DNA from: an uncultured candidate division Zixibacteria bacterium
Lineage (GTDB): Bacteria > Zixibacteria > MSB-5A5 > GN15 > FEB-12
NCBI GenBank assembly: GCA_963806185.1
Contig: CAWDXE010000007.1
Coordinates: 512,001-576,000 of the forward strand
Length of the DNA: 64,000 nt
Direction of reading: 5' to 3'
The notes below the pieces were generated by a model. It searched no databases. It had not been told where the DNA came from and saw only the letters and a list, made by a program, of their open reading frames with translations. The translations under genes and the position numbers were made by a program. Positions 11,210 to 20,866 of this stretch are shown piece by piece (the first letter of the stretch is position 1; the number at the start of each line of letters is the position of its first letter).

Positions 11210-13378
11210 ATGATGGTACAAGGCCTCTTTAGAACGATTTCCTTAAAACTTCTGGTCGTAACAGCCATTGCTGCGGTGTGCTTCGCAGGCTGTGGCGCAA
11301 ACAAGAACTCAAGAATCGCTGAAGAGGGCGGCCGTCAACCATATGCCGCCGACAACTCATCAGACTCGGAATCCGATACCCTTCTGACTCCCCTGGGACA
11401 AATTCAGGACGATGACTCAGACGAGACGGCCGGGGCTGAGGCGGCTCGAAATTCTGAGCCGACCGTCAGTTCCAATCGCGAGGATCGTCAGGCCGACCAA
11501 TCCGTGGCGGCGAAACGTGTTCCGTCGGGGAAGAAATCGTCACGAACAGGGACGACTCCGGCGGAACAGGATTCGAACTGGTTCCAGCAGATCTTTGGAA
11601 CGACCAATAACGAGGATTCGGCGGCGGCCGTTGACGACGACATCTGGCGTCAGTTTGACTTGGCCGAGGAATACCACTCCATGGGGGTGACGGCCAATCG
11701 GGAAGGGGGCTGGGAAGAAGCCCAGTACTACTTCGAAAAGGCGCTGAAGATACTCGCCAATCTTGATGTCGAGACGGATACGATTCCAACGCCGGAAGCG
11801 GTGAAATACAGTGCCATCATCAACAACGTGGTGGCGGACTACCGGGTGACATTGCGATCGTTGGGTAAACTGGAAGACGACGCCGCGCCGTCGGTTCTGC
11901 TCGAGCGGTTCGGTGATCTGGAAGAAGGGCTGGAGAGTGACTCCATCCAGGTATTTAAGCAGGACATCGGGCCGGTGGTTCACGACCTCCCGATAGTGAT
12001 GAACGAGCGGGTGCGCAGTTCGATTGTTTATTTCCAGACGGTGGCGAAAAAGGCGTTCGCCCGCTACCTGTCGCGGATAAATCTCTACCGCCCGTTGTAC
12101 AGCAAGGTGCTGGCCGAATACGGCCTGCCCCAGGACCTGGTCTATCTGTCGCTGGTTGAATCGGGGTTTAATCCCAATGCGTATTCGTGGGCGCGAGCGA
12201 TGGGGTTGTGGCAGTTTATCGCGTCGACCGGCAGAATGTATGGACTGGAGCGCGACTGGTGGATCGACGAACGGAAGGATCCGACGAAATCGACCGATGC
12301 GGCGGCTCGTTTCCTCCGCGACCTCTACAATCAGTTTGGAGACTGGGAACTGGCCATGGCGGCTTATAACGGCGGACCGCGCCGGGTCGAGAATACAATT
12401 CGCGACCAGCGGACGCGCGATTTCTGGCGGATGAAGCTGAAACGTCAGACCATGGATTACGTACCGCTGATTTATGCCGCTGCTATTATAGCCAAGGAGC
12501 CGCAGAAGTACGGTTTCCGTGACGTAGCCTACGAACCGTCGCTCAAGTGGGAAGAAGTTACCATCAAGAAGTGTCTCGATCTCAAGACGGTGGCTGAGGC
12601 GATAGGGTGCGGGCTTGAAGAGTTGAAGGCGCTCAATCCGGAGCTGCTTCGCGGGTGCACGCCACCCGGCGGGCGGGAATATGTGCTGAAGATTCCGACC
12701 GGACGGAAGGACGTCTTCATGGCGTCGTACGAGGATATGGCGTCGCCGCGCGAGACGCAGATGGTGCGGCACACGATTCGTCAGGGAGAATCAGTCAAAG
12801 CGATCGCCTCCCGGTACGGTGTTTCTCAATACGCGCTGTTGGAGGCCAATCACCTCACCAAGAAGAGTAAAATCATCGCGGGTCGCGAGTTGATCATTCC
12901 GGTGCCGCTGGATCGATCGACACGGGTTGCGGCCAAAGCTAACGCTGACGCCGGGCCGTATGAATCATCAAATGGCGTGTATAAAGTTCGGTCGGGCGAC
13001 ACGATGTGGGACATCGCCAAGGCCTTCAATACCTCTATCGATGCCATCCGACGACTCAATTATCTGGAACGGGGCGCCCGGATTTACGTGGGGCAGAGTC
13101 TAAGAATCCCGGGTTCATCCGAAAAGTCCAAGGGTAAGAAGACCGGCAAGGTGATAGCGCCGACGTACGCGCAGTCGGGCGATGGGAAATCGGGCGACAA
13201 CGATTCCGGAGGCGGGTCGACCAAGGGTGTAATAGGCAAGCACACGGTGCGACGCGGGGACAATCTCTGGACGATCGCGCAGCGGTACAACACGACTGTT
13301 GACGCGGTTCGGGCGCTGAATGGATTGTCACGGAGTGCGCAGATCTATCCGGGTCAGGTATTGAAAGTTAAGATGTAA
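11210..13378 (+). CDS. MltD-like lytic murein transglycosylase lipoprotein with three LysM domains
   Basis: Lipobox FAGC; SLT motifs VESGFNP, AMGLWQFI and AAYNGG; LysM repeats HTIRQGES, YKVRSGDT and HTVRRGDN. Confidence 0.9.
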   Translation: MMVQGLFRTISLKLLVVTAIAAVCFAGCGANKNSRIAEEGGRQPYAADNSSDSESDTLLTPLGQIQDDDSDETAGAEAARNSEPTVSSNREDRQADQSVAAKRVPSGKKSSRTGTTPAEQDSNWFQQIFGTTNNEDSAAAVDDDIWRQFDLAEEYHSMGVTANREGGWEEAQYYFEKALKILANLDVETDTIPTPEAVKYSAIINNVVADYRVTLRSLGKLEDDAAPSVLLERFGDLEEGLESDSIQVFKQDIGPVVHDLPIVMNERVRSSIVYFQTVAKKAFARYLSRINLYRPLYSKVLAEYGLPQDLVYLSLVESGFNPNAYSWARAMGLWQFIASTGRMYGLERDWWIDERKDPTKSTDAAARFLRDLYNQFGDWELAMAAYNGGPRRVENTIRDQRTRDFWRMKLKRQTMDYVPLIYAAAIIAKEPQKYGFRDVAYEPSLKWEEVTIKKCLDLKTVAEAIGCGLEELKALNPELLRGCTPPGGREYVLKIPTGRKDVFMASYEDMASPRETQMVRHTIRQGESVKAIASRYGVSQYALLEANHLTKKSKIIAGRELIIPVPLDRSTRVAAKANADAGPYESSNGVYKVRSGDTMWDIAKAFNTSIDAIRRLNYLERGARIYVGQSLRIPGSSEKSKGKKTGKVIAPTYAQSGDGKSGDNDSGGGSTKGVIGKHTVRRGDNLWTIAQRYNTTVDAVRALNGLSRSAQIYPGQVLKVKM

Positions 13379-13483
13379 TCAATTGACGAGTTTTATGCTG
13401 GACAGGGATCGGCGACCGGCGCGATCTTGGCACGTTCAGAAATAACGGTTTCCGGCCTGACACTCAGGAAGAAATTGGGCACC

Positions 13484-14380
13484 ATGGCACGACGCCGCGA
13501 TCTGGTTATTGCAATTATCATTGGACTTGGACTTATCCTCGGTTTTGTCTTACTCGCCATTGTAACGGTCGGCCTCTTTGGTGAGAACGACGGCATGTCG
13601 TTTTCCGGTGGTGATATCGGCCTGGTGGAAGTATCCGGCACGATCGACGAAGCGAGCGGCCGGGAGTGGATTCACCAACTCGATAAATGGCAGAACAACG
13701 GGGCCATCAAGGCCGTGGTTGTTCACGTCAACTCACCGGGAGGTGAGGTTGCCATTTCCCAGGAATTGTACAGCGCGATACAGCGATGCAAGGCGGAGAA
13801 GCCGGTAGTCATATCGATGGCCGGCGTAGCTGCTTCCGGCGGGTACTACATCGCGTGTGCGGCGGACAAGATTGTTGCCAACCCGAGCACGATCACCGGC
13901 TCAATTGGTGTTATTTTCCAATTCCACACGTTCAAGGATTTGATGGGGAAGGTGGGGATTGGGACGGAGACGGTCAAATCAGGTGAGCTGAAGGATGTTG
14001 GATCTTATAGTCGCGAGATGACGGAGAATGAAGAGCTAATGCTTCGATCAGTGGTCATGGACACCTACGAGCAATTCGTCGAGGTGGTGGCTGAGAGTCG
14101 GGGCATGGACAAGGATGCGGTCTATCCTTTGGCTGACGGATCGATCTTTACCGGCTTGCAGGCCTATAACTTAGGCTTGGTTGACACGCTCGGGGGGCTG
14201 AAAGAGGCGGTTGATCTGGCCGGAAGTCTGGGGCATATCGAGGGTGAGCCGAAGCTGGTAATTCCGCCTAAGCGTGAGCCAGTCAACGTGTTCGACCTGT
14301 TGGGTGGGGCGGTGAAGACGTTCACGAAGTCGGTGGAATCCAACACCTCCGGACCCCGGTTGCTCTTTCTGTACCAATGA
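13484..14380 (+). CDS. sppA: Signal peptide peptidase SppA (36K type)
   Basis: VNSPGG, AASGGYYIA, TGSIGV, KSGELKD and GLVDTLG. Confidence 0.93.
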   Translation: MARRRDLVIAIIIGLGLILGFVLLAIVTVGLFGENDGMSFSGGDIGLVEVSGTIDEASGREWIHQLDKWQNNGAIKAVVVHVNSPGGEVAISQELYSAIQRCKAEKPVVISMAGVAASGGYYIACAADKIVANPSTITGSIGVIFQFHTFKDLMGKVGIGTETVKSGELKDVGSYSREMTENEELMLRSVVMDTYEQFVEVVAESRGMDKDAVYPLADGSIFTGLQAYNLGLVDTLGGLKEAVDLAGSLGHIEGEPKLVIPPKREPVNVFDLLGGAVKTFTKSVESNTSGPRLLFLYQ

Positions 14381-14563
14381 TTTGGCAGTCTCAAGCGGCC
14401 AAAAAAAATCGCAAAATAGTTGTTTTTTCTTTGTTTTTTCCTTTGCCGGTCATTATCTTCCCATCTGCCAAAGGCTTATCGAAACCAACCGTCAGCCTTG
14501 GCCCATGCGGGACATCTGAGGAAGAAAAGAAATGAGATATGATACTTGTCGAGGGAGGACACA

Positions 14564-14848
14564 GTGACTAAGGCTGATTTGGTCGAAAAGGTGGCCGAAA
14601 AGACCGGTCTAACCAGAACCGACGTGGCCGTGGTTGTGGACTCGTTTCTCGATGTGGTGAAGAAGTCGGTAGAAAGCGGCCACAACATCGAGATTCGCGG
14701 ATTCGGGACATTCAAGATCAAGTTGCGCAAGGCCCGCAAGGCACGGAATCCTCGCACGGGCGATGTGGTCCCGGTGCCGGATCGTAAAGTCCCGGTGTTC
14801 AAGCCGTCGAATGAGTTCAAGAACCTAATTACCAAGCTCTCGTTGTAG
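14564..14848 (+). CDS. hup: HU-family DNA-binding protein
   Basis: GGAGG RBS before a GTG start; TKADLVEKVA...IEIRGFGTF...ARNPRTG...PVFKP. Confidence 0.93.
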   Translation: MTKADLVEKVAEKTGLTRTDVAVVVDSFLDVVKKSVESGHNIEIRGFGTFKIKLRKARKARNPRTGDVVPVPDRKVPVFKPSNEFKNLITKLSL

Positions 14849-14865
14849 GGAAAAGCGGAGGATTG

Positions 14866-14961
14866 ATGCCGAGCGGAAAGAAGCGCAAGCGTCAGAAGAT
14901 CAAAACGCATAAGCGTAAAAAACGCAGACGCGCTGATCGTCATAAAAAGAAATTACGCTAA
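14866..14961 (+). CDS. 31-aa basic protein, AURKAIP1/COX24 (ribosomal bS22/mS38-like) family; absent from the ORF track
   Basis: MPSGKKRKRQKIKTHKRKKRRRADRHKKKLR with a GGAGG RBS. It closely resembles FCB-group bS22. Confidence 0.88.
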   Translation: MPSGKKRKRQKIKTHKRKKRRRADRHKKKLR

Positions 14962-15106
14962 GAGATACGGCGGTCGTTTCCCGGCTGGCTGGGAAGCGGT
15001 TTCCGTACTCAAGCGGGCGAATAGACGGTTGGGATTGAAATTGCGTGTAGTCCGTCTACATCAATCGTTATTCTGACAACGACTTACCTGCACATAGCGA
15101 ATTTGT

Positions 15107-15132
15107 AATGCCCACTCGTCAGAGTGGGCATT
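15107..15132 (+). terminator. Hairpin, probable terminator of the hup-bS22 transcript
   Basis: Perfect 11-bp inverted repeat AATGCCCACTC-gtca-GAGTGGGCATT; the U tail is weak. Confidence 0.5.
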
Positions 15133-15174
15133 CGTATTGATATAGGTCGAGTGGTGAATTACGCTCGACTGACA

Positions 15175-18003
15175 ATGCACGTGGCCGCGCTGACCCTGGC
15201 GACCCTTATGGCCAAGCCTCATTTCGTTGAGGCTGCGGACTTCCAGATTAACACTGACGGTACAACCTCGGAACAGAGCCATCCGCGACTCTCCGTGGCC
15301 CCGGACGGGACCTTTGCCGTAGCATGGCAGGATTTCCGAAACGGGAACGGTGACATTTACTTGCAGAGACTGTCAGACGCAGGTGAGCTATTGGTTGCCG
15401 AGCAACCGATCAATTCAGATACCTTGGCGGGGTATCAGTCGTCGCCGTCTCTCGCCGTAGATAAAACCGGACAATTCATTACTGTTTGGCTGGACTATCG
15501 ACTTGGAACGTACCCGCTTGATCCGGAGATCTATCTGCAGAGACTTGATTCGACCGTTATGCCGGTGGGTGCGAATAGAAACTTAACCTCCGTTACTCCG
15601 GATTCATTGAAGGCCTCGCCGGATGTGGCGTTGTCGCCGTTCGGTGGCGGCGTAGTCGTGTGGGAAGATTGTCGTAACAAATCGTGGGATATCTGGGGGC
15701 AGCGGATTGCAGCCACGGGGGCGCCTGTTGGGAGTCAATTCAGGATCAACGACGACGTCGGGACGGCACAACAGCACTCACCCCGGGTGGCGTACTCAAG
15801 CGAGGGTTGGTTTGTGGTGGTGTGGTACGATAACCGCTGGGGGGACGACGATATCTATGTGCAGCGGTTCGACTCGGTCGGCAACAAGCGCAGTGTGAAT
15901 ATTCGCGCGAGCGGGGCGGCGACAGGGACGCGGCAGGCATTCCCGGACGTTGCTGCCGACGATGCGGGACATTTTACGGTAGTCTGGACGGATTGGCGCA
16001 ACGGCACCTATCCTTCCAATCCCGACATCTATGCGCGGCGCTATGACACCATGATGGTGGCGGGAGAGGAGCGCAAGGTCAACACCGACGCAAGTACGAG
16101 GGCACAGCTCAGTCCGAGCATAGCCGCCGACCGACGCGGAAACGTCGCGATTGTCTGGGCGGATTCCGGGTCGGTGTCATGGGATATCCGAGGGCAGATG
16201 ATCGATGCCGACGGGCAGATTCGCGAATCGAATTTCCGTGCCAACACCGTGACTGACAGCGCGCAACTCCAACCGGATGTGGCCCTCGACGGCCGCAACC
16301 GATATGTCACCTGGGCCGATAAGCGGAGCGGCCACTTTGACATCTTCGGATCAATCACGCAGTACAACGATCCCCACGTGACAGCAACTCCAAGCGTCGT
16401 TCAGTTTTCAATGCTCATCAACGGGAGCCTGCCGGCATCGCAGTCGATCGGCTTGCAGCAGGTCGGTTACAATCCGATACACTATAAAGCGGTTTCATCG
16501 GCTGCGTGGCTCGCGGTGACACCGTTGTCAGGCGTGACGCCCGATTCAGTTGTACTGGCTGTGACGGATCCAAGTCTTGCGGCCGGACTTCACTCGGCAG
16601 CAATTACGATTATCGATACCGATAATGATGATTCCAGTTGTGTGGTGCTGGTGCGCCTGGAGGTGCAAAGTCCGCTGCTGGGGTTGGTGCCGGACACGCT
16701 TCTCATCCGCGCTTTCGCCGGGGTGAAATATCCGGTGTCGGGAGCATTTCAGGTGGTCAACGCGGGGACGGGGAATCTGGCCTGGAGTGCGTCGGAGTCT
16801 ACGTCCTGGCTCGACCTGACCAAAGCGGACGGCGTTCAGGGCGAGGTCACAGAGGTAGCTGTGACGGCCGAATCGCTTGCTGTGGGCAGTTATTACGCTC
16901 CAATAGAGATTATCTCGTCCGAAGCAGCTAATTCGCCTGAGACCGCCTGGATAGCGCTGGAGGCGATTGACGATCTGCCGTACATCGCCGCCATACCCGA
17001 CACCGTATTCGCCGAAATCGTGGCTGACACCGTACAGCATTTCGGGGCGGAGATCGTGAATCTCGGCAACGGGGAACTCAACTGGTCGGCTGTGGCAACA
17101 GAACCCTGGATCATCGTCGAGACCGCATTCGGCGTGGCCGGTGATTCGGTCCGCTGTGCAGTTGATCCTTCGCAACTCGCTTTGGGAGTCAATGCAGCGC
17201 AGATTGTCCTTACCGACAGCTCGGCATTGAATATCAGTTTTTATCTGCCGGTCATAATCGACTACGAACCGCCGCCGCAGGCCACTGTGCGGTTCGGTTC
17301 GGCCCAAATGCAAATGGGGGAATCAGCGCCGATTGCGGTTACGCTCGTTGCCTCGGATGCCATAGCAGGGGCGAGGATTCCGGTGGCATTTGACTCGACT
17401 TCATTGACGCTTGATTCAGTGACGTTTGGGTCGCCACTACCGTCGGGGACGGTGTCCACACGGGTCGATTGCCCGACGGGGAATGTCGTGACAGTAAGTT
17501 TTGACAGCGGATTATTTGTCCCCGGTGAGTACCTTCTGGCCAATCTCTATTTCGGCGCACGGGTGGAAAATGCGCTATGTCCGATCGACACTGCTCGATG
17601 TGACTCCGGTGGAGTGTCCGCGACGCTGGCGGCCGGAGGAGGGGCACGGATGGCAGTCGAGGCGGGCGAAGTGCTCATATCGCCAACGACTGATGTCGGC
17701 GACCATGGAGGAGCCGATCTTCCCACACAATTTGCGCTGCATGAGAACTACCCGAACCCATTTAATCTCAATACGATCATCACCTTTGACCTGCCCGTCT
17801 CGGCCGAGGTACAGCTAGAGGTTTTCAACATCCTCGGTCAGTCGGTCGCGTCTTTGGTGAAGAGACCGTTCCCTGCCGGGCATCACGTAATCGAGTGGAA
17901 CGGCCGGGGCGTCAATGGGGGAGAACTTTCATCCGGAGTTTATTTCTACCGTCTGCAAGCCGATGACCGGGCTATGGTCAAACGGATGGTCCTGCTGAAA
18001 TAG
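15175..18003 (+). CDS. Large secreted modular protein: propeller-like repeats, BACON-like Ig domains, cohesin-like domain and FlgD-Ig/T9SS-like C-terminal domain
   Basis: About seven repeats of Q..P.VA....G.F.VVW.D.R....DIY.QR; three W-L-x-V-type Ig repeats; C-terminal LHENYPNPFN...SSGVYFYRL...KRMVLLK. The start is uncertain, since the ORF-track start at 15124 lies inside a hairpin. Confidence 0.8.
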   Translation: MHVAALTLATLMAKPHFVEAADFQINTDGTTSEQSHPRLSVAPDGTFAVAWQDFRNGNGDIYLQRLSDAGELLVAEQPINSDTLAGYQSSPSLAVDKTGQFITVWLDYRLGTYPLDPEIYLQRLDSTVMPVGANRNLTSVTPDSLKASPDVALSPFGGGVVVWEDCRNKSWDIWGQRIAATGAPVGSQFRINDDVGTAQQHSPRVAYSSEGWFVVVWYDNRWGDDDIYVQRFDSVGNKRSVNIRASGAATGTRQAFPDVAADDAGHFTVVWTDWRNGTYPSNPDIYARRYDTMMVAGEERKVNTDASTRAQLSPSIAADRRGNVAIVWADSGSVSWDIRGQMIDADGQIRESNFRANTVTDSAQLQPDVALDGRNRYVTWADKRSGHFDIFGSITQYNDPHVTATPSVVQFSMLINGSLPASQSIGLQQVGYNPIHYKAVSSAAWLAVTPLSGVTPDSVVLAVTDPSLAAGLHSAAITIIDTDNDDSSCVVLVRLEVQSPLLGLVPDTLLIRAFAGVKYPVSGAFQVVNAGTGNLAWSASESTSWLDLTKADGVQGEVTEVAVTAESLAVGSYYAPIEIISSEAANSPETAWIALEAIDDLPYIAAIPDTVFAEIVADTVQHFGAEIVNLGNGELNWSAVATEPWIIVETAFGVAGDSVRCAVDPSQLALGVNAAQIVLTDSSALNISFYLPVIIDYEPPPQATVRFGSAQMQMGESAPIAVTLVASDAIAGARIPVAFDSTSLTLDSVTFGSPLPSGTVSTRVDCPTGNVVTVSFDSGLFVPGEYLLANLYFGARVENALCPIDTARCDSGGVSATLAAGGGARMAVEAGEVLISPTTDVGDHGGADLPTQFALHENYPNPFNLNTIITFDLPVSAEVQLEVFNILGQSVASLVKRPFPAGHHVIEWNGRGVNGGELSSGVYFYRLQADDRAMVKRMVLLK

Positions 18004-18034
18004 GCGGGAATATGCGGGCAAAATTGCCTGCTGT

Positions 18035-18062
18035 GACAACCTTTCGCCCTAACCCTCGTATA
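18035..18062 (+). promoter_or_regulatory. Putative ECF sigma promoter
   Basis: GACAAC-N16-CGTATA, matching the AAC/CGT ECF pattern, about 40 nt before ATG 18101. Confidence 0.45.
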
Positions 18063-18100
18063 GAATTCCAGTGTTGAGAACGAATTTTTGCGAGGGCTCT

Positions 18101-19321
18101 ATGCGCAATTTCACAATTACCATTCTGGCGGTGATTTTCGGCCTGGCGGCCTCCGGGTCGACGGCGGATTCATCGGCTCGCGTCTATGGAAAGATCACCA
18201 CGACTGACGGTGACGTGCTGGAGGGACTCATTCGCTGGGACAAAAATGAAGCCTGCTGGGTCGACATACTGAACGGCAACAAGGATCTGGAGAGCAAGAA
18301 TCGCCATCGCAGTACCGACGAGCGACGCAAGAAGGTCAAGATTTTTGGACTGCAAATCGGCGAAACCTATGAGTTCGGTAACTCGGCTGAGTCGGGCATG
18401 CGGGTGGGACATATCCGCTCGATCATTCCGGAAGATGATGACGTGGCCCGAATCATACTGAAAAGCGGCAAGGAAGTGGAACTGAGCGGCGGCTCGACGG
18501 ATATCGGTGAGGACATTCGTGAACTGATCATCGAGGATAAGAGCGAGGGGGAAGTTGAGCTTTCTTGGGATGAGCTCGAGCGGGTGGATTTCATGGATAC
18601 GCCGCGCGATCTCAACTCCACCTTTGGCGACCGGCTCTACGGCACGCTCACGACACGGCGGGGAGACGAGTTTACCGGGTTCGTGTGCTGGGATGTCGAC
18701 GAGGTATTCACGACGGATGTACTCGACGGCGAGGACGGGGGCAAAACGCGCAAGATCAAGTTCGGCAAGATTGCTTCGATTGAGAGGTATAGCTCCAGCG
18801 GAGCAACGGTGAAGCTTACGGCGGGCGATGAATTTGTGCTGCGCGGTACCAACGACGTCGATCAGAGCAATAGTGGCATCATCATCTCCGACCCTTCGTT
18901 CGGTCAAGTGACCATACAGTGGGATGAATTCGAGAAGCTGGTCTTCAAGCCGTTGCCGACGAGTCTTCCCGGGTATTCCTTTTTTGACGGTGGGAGACAG
19001 CTTGCGGGCACGGTAACCACGGAGGAGGGGGACACGTATACCGGTGACATACTCTGGGACAGCGATGAAGAGTTTACGTGGGAAGTCCTCAACGGCGATA
19101 GCCGGGGCATAGAGTTTGATATTGAATTGGGAAGCGTGAAGTCAATAGAGAAAGCGTCGGGACGATCATCGGAAGTGACGCTTCAGGACGGGCGGGTCTA
19201 TCGGCTGCGGGGCTCAAACGATGTGGACGAGGACAACAAGGGAATCCGGATCACTCAGAAAAACGGTGACGACGTCTGGGTGGACTGGGATGAATTTGCC
19301 AAGGTTGAGTTTAGCAAGTAA
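18101..19321 (+). CDS. Secreted hypothetical protein with three tandem internal repeats
   Basis: Signal peptide; repeats YGKITTTDGDVLEGLIRWD, YGTLTTRRGDEFTGFVCWD and AGTVTTEEGDTYTGDILWD, each followed by a GSTDI/GTNDV/GSNDV motif. Confidence 0.75.
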   Translation: MRNFTITILAVIFGLAASGSTADSSARVYGKITTTDGDVLEGLIRWDKNEACWVDILNGNKDLESKNRHRSTDERRKKVKIFGLQIGETYEFGNSAESGMRVGHIRSIIPEDDDVARIILKSGKEVELSGGSTDIGEDIRELIIEDKSEGEVELSWDELERVDFMDTPRDLNSTFGDRLYGTLTTRRGDEFTGFVCWDVDEVFTTDVLDGEDGGKTRKIKFGKIASIERYSSSGATVKLTAGDEFVLRGTNDVDQSNSGIIISDPSFGQVTIQWDEFEKLVFKPLPTSLPGYSFFDGGRQLAGTVTTEEGDTYTGDILWDSDEEFTWEVLNGDSRGIEFDIELGSVKSIEKASGRSSEVTLQDGRVYRLRGSNDVDEDNKGIRITQKNGDDVWVDWDEFAKVEFSK

Positions 19322-19345
19322 GCTTTGACATTCCTTTCGACTCCA

Positions 19346-19385
19346 AAAGAAAAAGGCCTCGAGTGTACTCGGGGCCTTCTTCTCT
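19346..19385. terminator. Bidirectional intrinsic terminator
   Basis: AAGGCCTCGAG-tgta-CTCGGGGCCTT flanked by A and T tracts, between convergent genes. Confidence 0.75.
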
Positions 19386-19415
19386 AATCAGCCATTTTTT
19401 TTGCGCCGGGACTGA

Positions 19416-20330
19416 CTAATTGCCGCCGGCCGAGAGCTTGGACTTTCGATCCTTAAGATCCTGAACATGCTTCTGGGCGATTTCGAGGTTCTGCTTGGCC
19501 TGGGCGTTGCCGCGGGCAAGCTTGATGAAGCGTTCCCAGTTGGTGATGTTCTGATCCAGGTTATCCTGGTTGAGTGTTTCCATCGCGACCGCGTAGTTGT
19601 AGGCGGCGAGGTGTTTGGTCGGAGAGGCTTTCAGCGCGCTCTGAAAGGCGTCGGCGGCCTCTTTGTACTTGAGATCTTTCAGGTAGATATTGCCGAGGGT
19701 GAAGTACGCGTTGTAATTCTTGCCCTCAAGCTGGATTGACTTATTGAGGGCCGCAATGGCCTCGCTTGATTTACCGGTCTTTTCGTACCCTTTGCCGAGC
19801 AAGAACCAGGTCTGATCATCGCTGGCGCCCTTTTCGTGGGCCTGCTGGAGAGTGGAGATCATTTCCGGATACGCGCCGCGCGCGTAGTAGACTTTTCCCA
19901 AATCCTTTAACAGCGAATTGTCGGCCGGGTTGAGAGCGATGGCCTGTTTGAGGGCCTGTTCGGCCTCGACGTAGCGTTGCAGCTTGTTCTGGACGCGGCC
20001 AAGGTTGGCCCAACCGTCGGCATTCTTCGGAGCCTTCTCAGTGGCCTGCTTCAGATTGGTGAGAGCCTCCTCATATTGACCCTGCTCGAACAGCATGGCG
20101 CCGAGATTGAGGTAGGCATCGACGTAACTCGGGTCCAACTTGATGGCAGCCTGATAGGCCATGGTTGCGCCGGCGAAATCCTTCTTCTGCTGGGCGGTCA
20201 CGCCCTGATTGAACATCTCTTTGGCTTTCTCGGTGTCGGCCATGGCCGGACTCTGGCCAAGAGCGGCGATAGTGAGAACGATATAGAGGACTGACCAAGC
20301 GGAGGGCTTGATGGGACAAACCAACTTCAT
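19416..20330 (-). CDS. Secreted TPR-repeat protein
   Basis: Signal peptide and AGGAG RBS; TPRs AIKLDPSYVDAYLNLG, ADGWANLG and NAYFTLGNIY. Confidence 0.85.
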   Translation of the reverse strand: MKLVCPIKPSAWSVLYIVLTIAALGQSPAMADTEKAKEMFNQGVTAQQKKDFAGATMAYQAAIKLDPSYVDAYLNLGAMLFEQGQYEEALTNLKQATEKAPKNADGWANLGRVQNKLQRYVEAEQALKQAIALNPADNSLLKDLGKVYYARGAYPEMISTLQQAHEKGASDDQTWFLLGKGYEKTGKSSEAIAALNKSIQLEGKNYNAYFTLGNIYLKDLKYKEAADAFQSALKASPTKHLAAYNYAVAMETLNQDNLDQNITNWERFIKLARGNAQAKQNLEIAQKHVQDLKDRKSKLSAGGN

Positions 20331-20413
20331 GAAGGCTCCTTTCACACTTCCCGAAGACATGGGACTAACAATACTGCTCAATTCTACACATTTAGGCCCG
20401 AAACATTCCAAAA

Positions 20414-20866
20414 TCAGAGCGACAGGCGGTGAGCCAGGACGGCGGCCTTTACCTCGGGGTATTTCAGGGCCAGGATTCGGCCGGCGAGGATGGCGGCGTT
20501 CTTAGCTCCTGGCATGCCGACGGCGACAGCCGCAACCGGAATACCCGGCGGCATTTGCGCAACGCTGAGAAGAGCGTCGAGCCCGCCCAGGGCGGCCGGC
20601 AGCGGAACGCCAATCACCGGGAGATTGGAGTGAGCGGCAACTACACCCGGGAGTGCCGCTGAAAGGCCCGCCATAGCGATAATCGCGTCAAAGCCGTTTG
20701 CCTCCGCTTCAGCGGCCAGCTTGGCGGTACGTTCCGGATGGCGATGAGCCGATGAAACCTCGATTATCACTGTAATGCCCAGTTTGTCGGCCTGATCCCG
20801 GCAAGCCGTGGCAAACTCCATATCGGAGTTTGATCCCAGTAGTATCAGCACTTTTGGCATCGTCAC
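20414..20866 (-). CDS. purE: N5-carboxyaminoimidazole ribonucleotide mutase
   Basis: GSNSD, SAHRHP, AGLSAALPGVVA, PVIGVP and QMPPGIPVA. Confidence 0.95.
   Translation of the reverse strand: MTMPKVLILLGSNSDMEFATACRDQADKLGITVIIEVSSAHRHPERTAKLAAEAEANGFDAIIAMAGLSAALPGVVAAHSNLPVIGVPLPAALGGLDALLSVAQMPPGIPVAAVAVGMPGAKNAAILAGRILALKYPEVKAAVLAHRLSL

Noticed and set aside
14381..14407. TTGGCAGTC after sppA as a CIRCE element
   Set aside because: Only one arm is present, with no inverted arm at 9-bp spacing.
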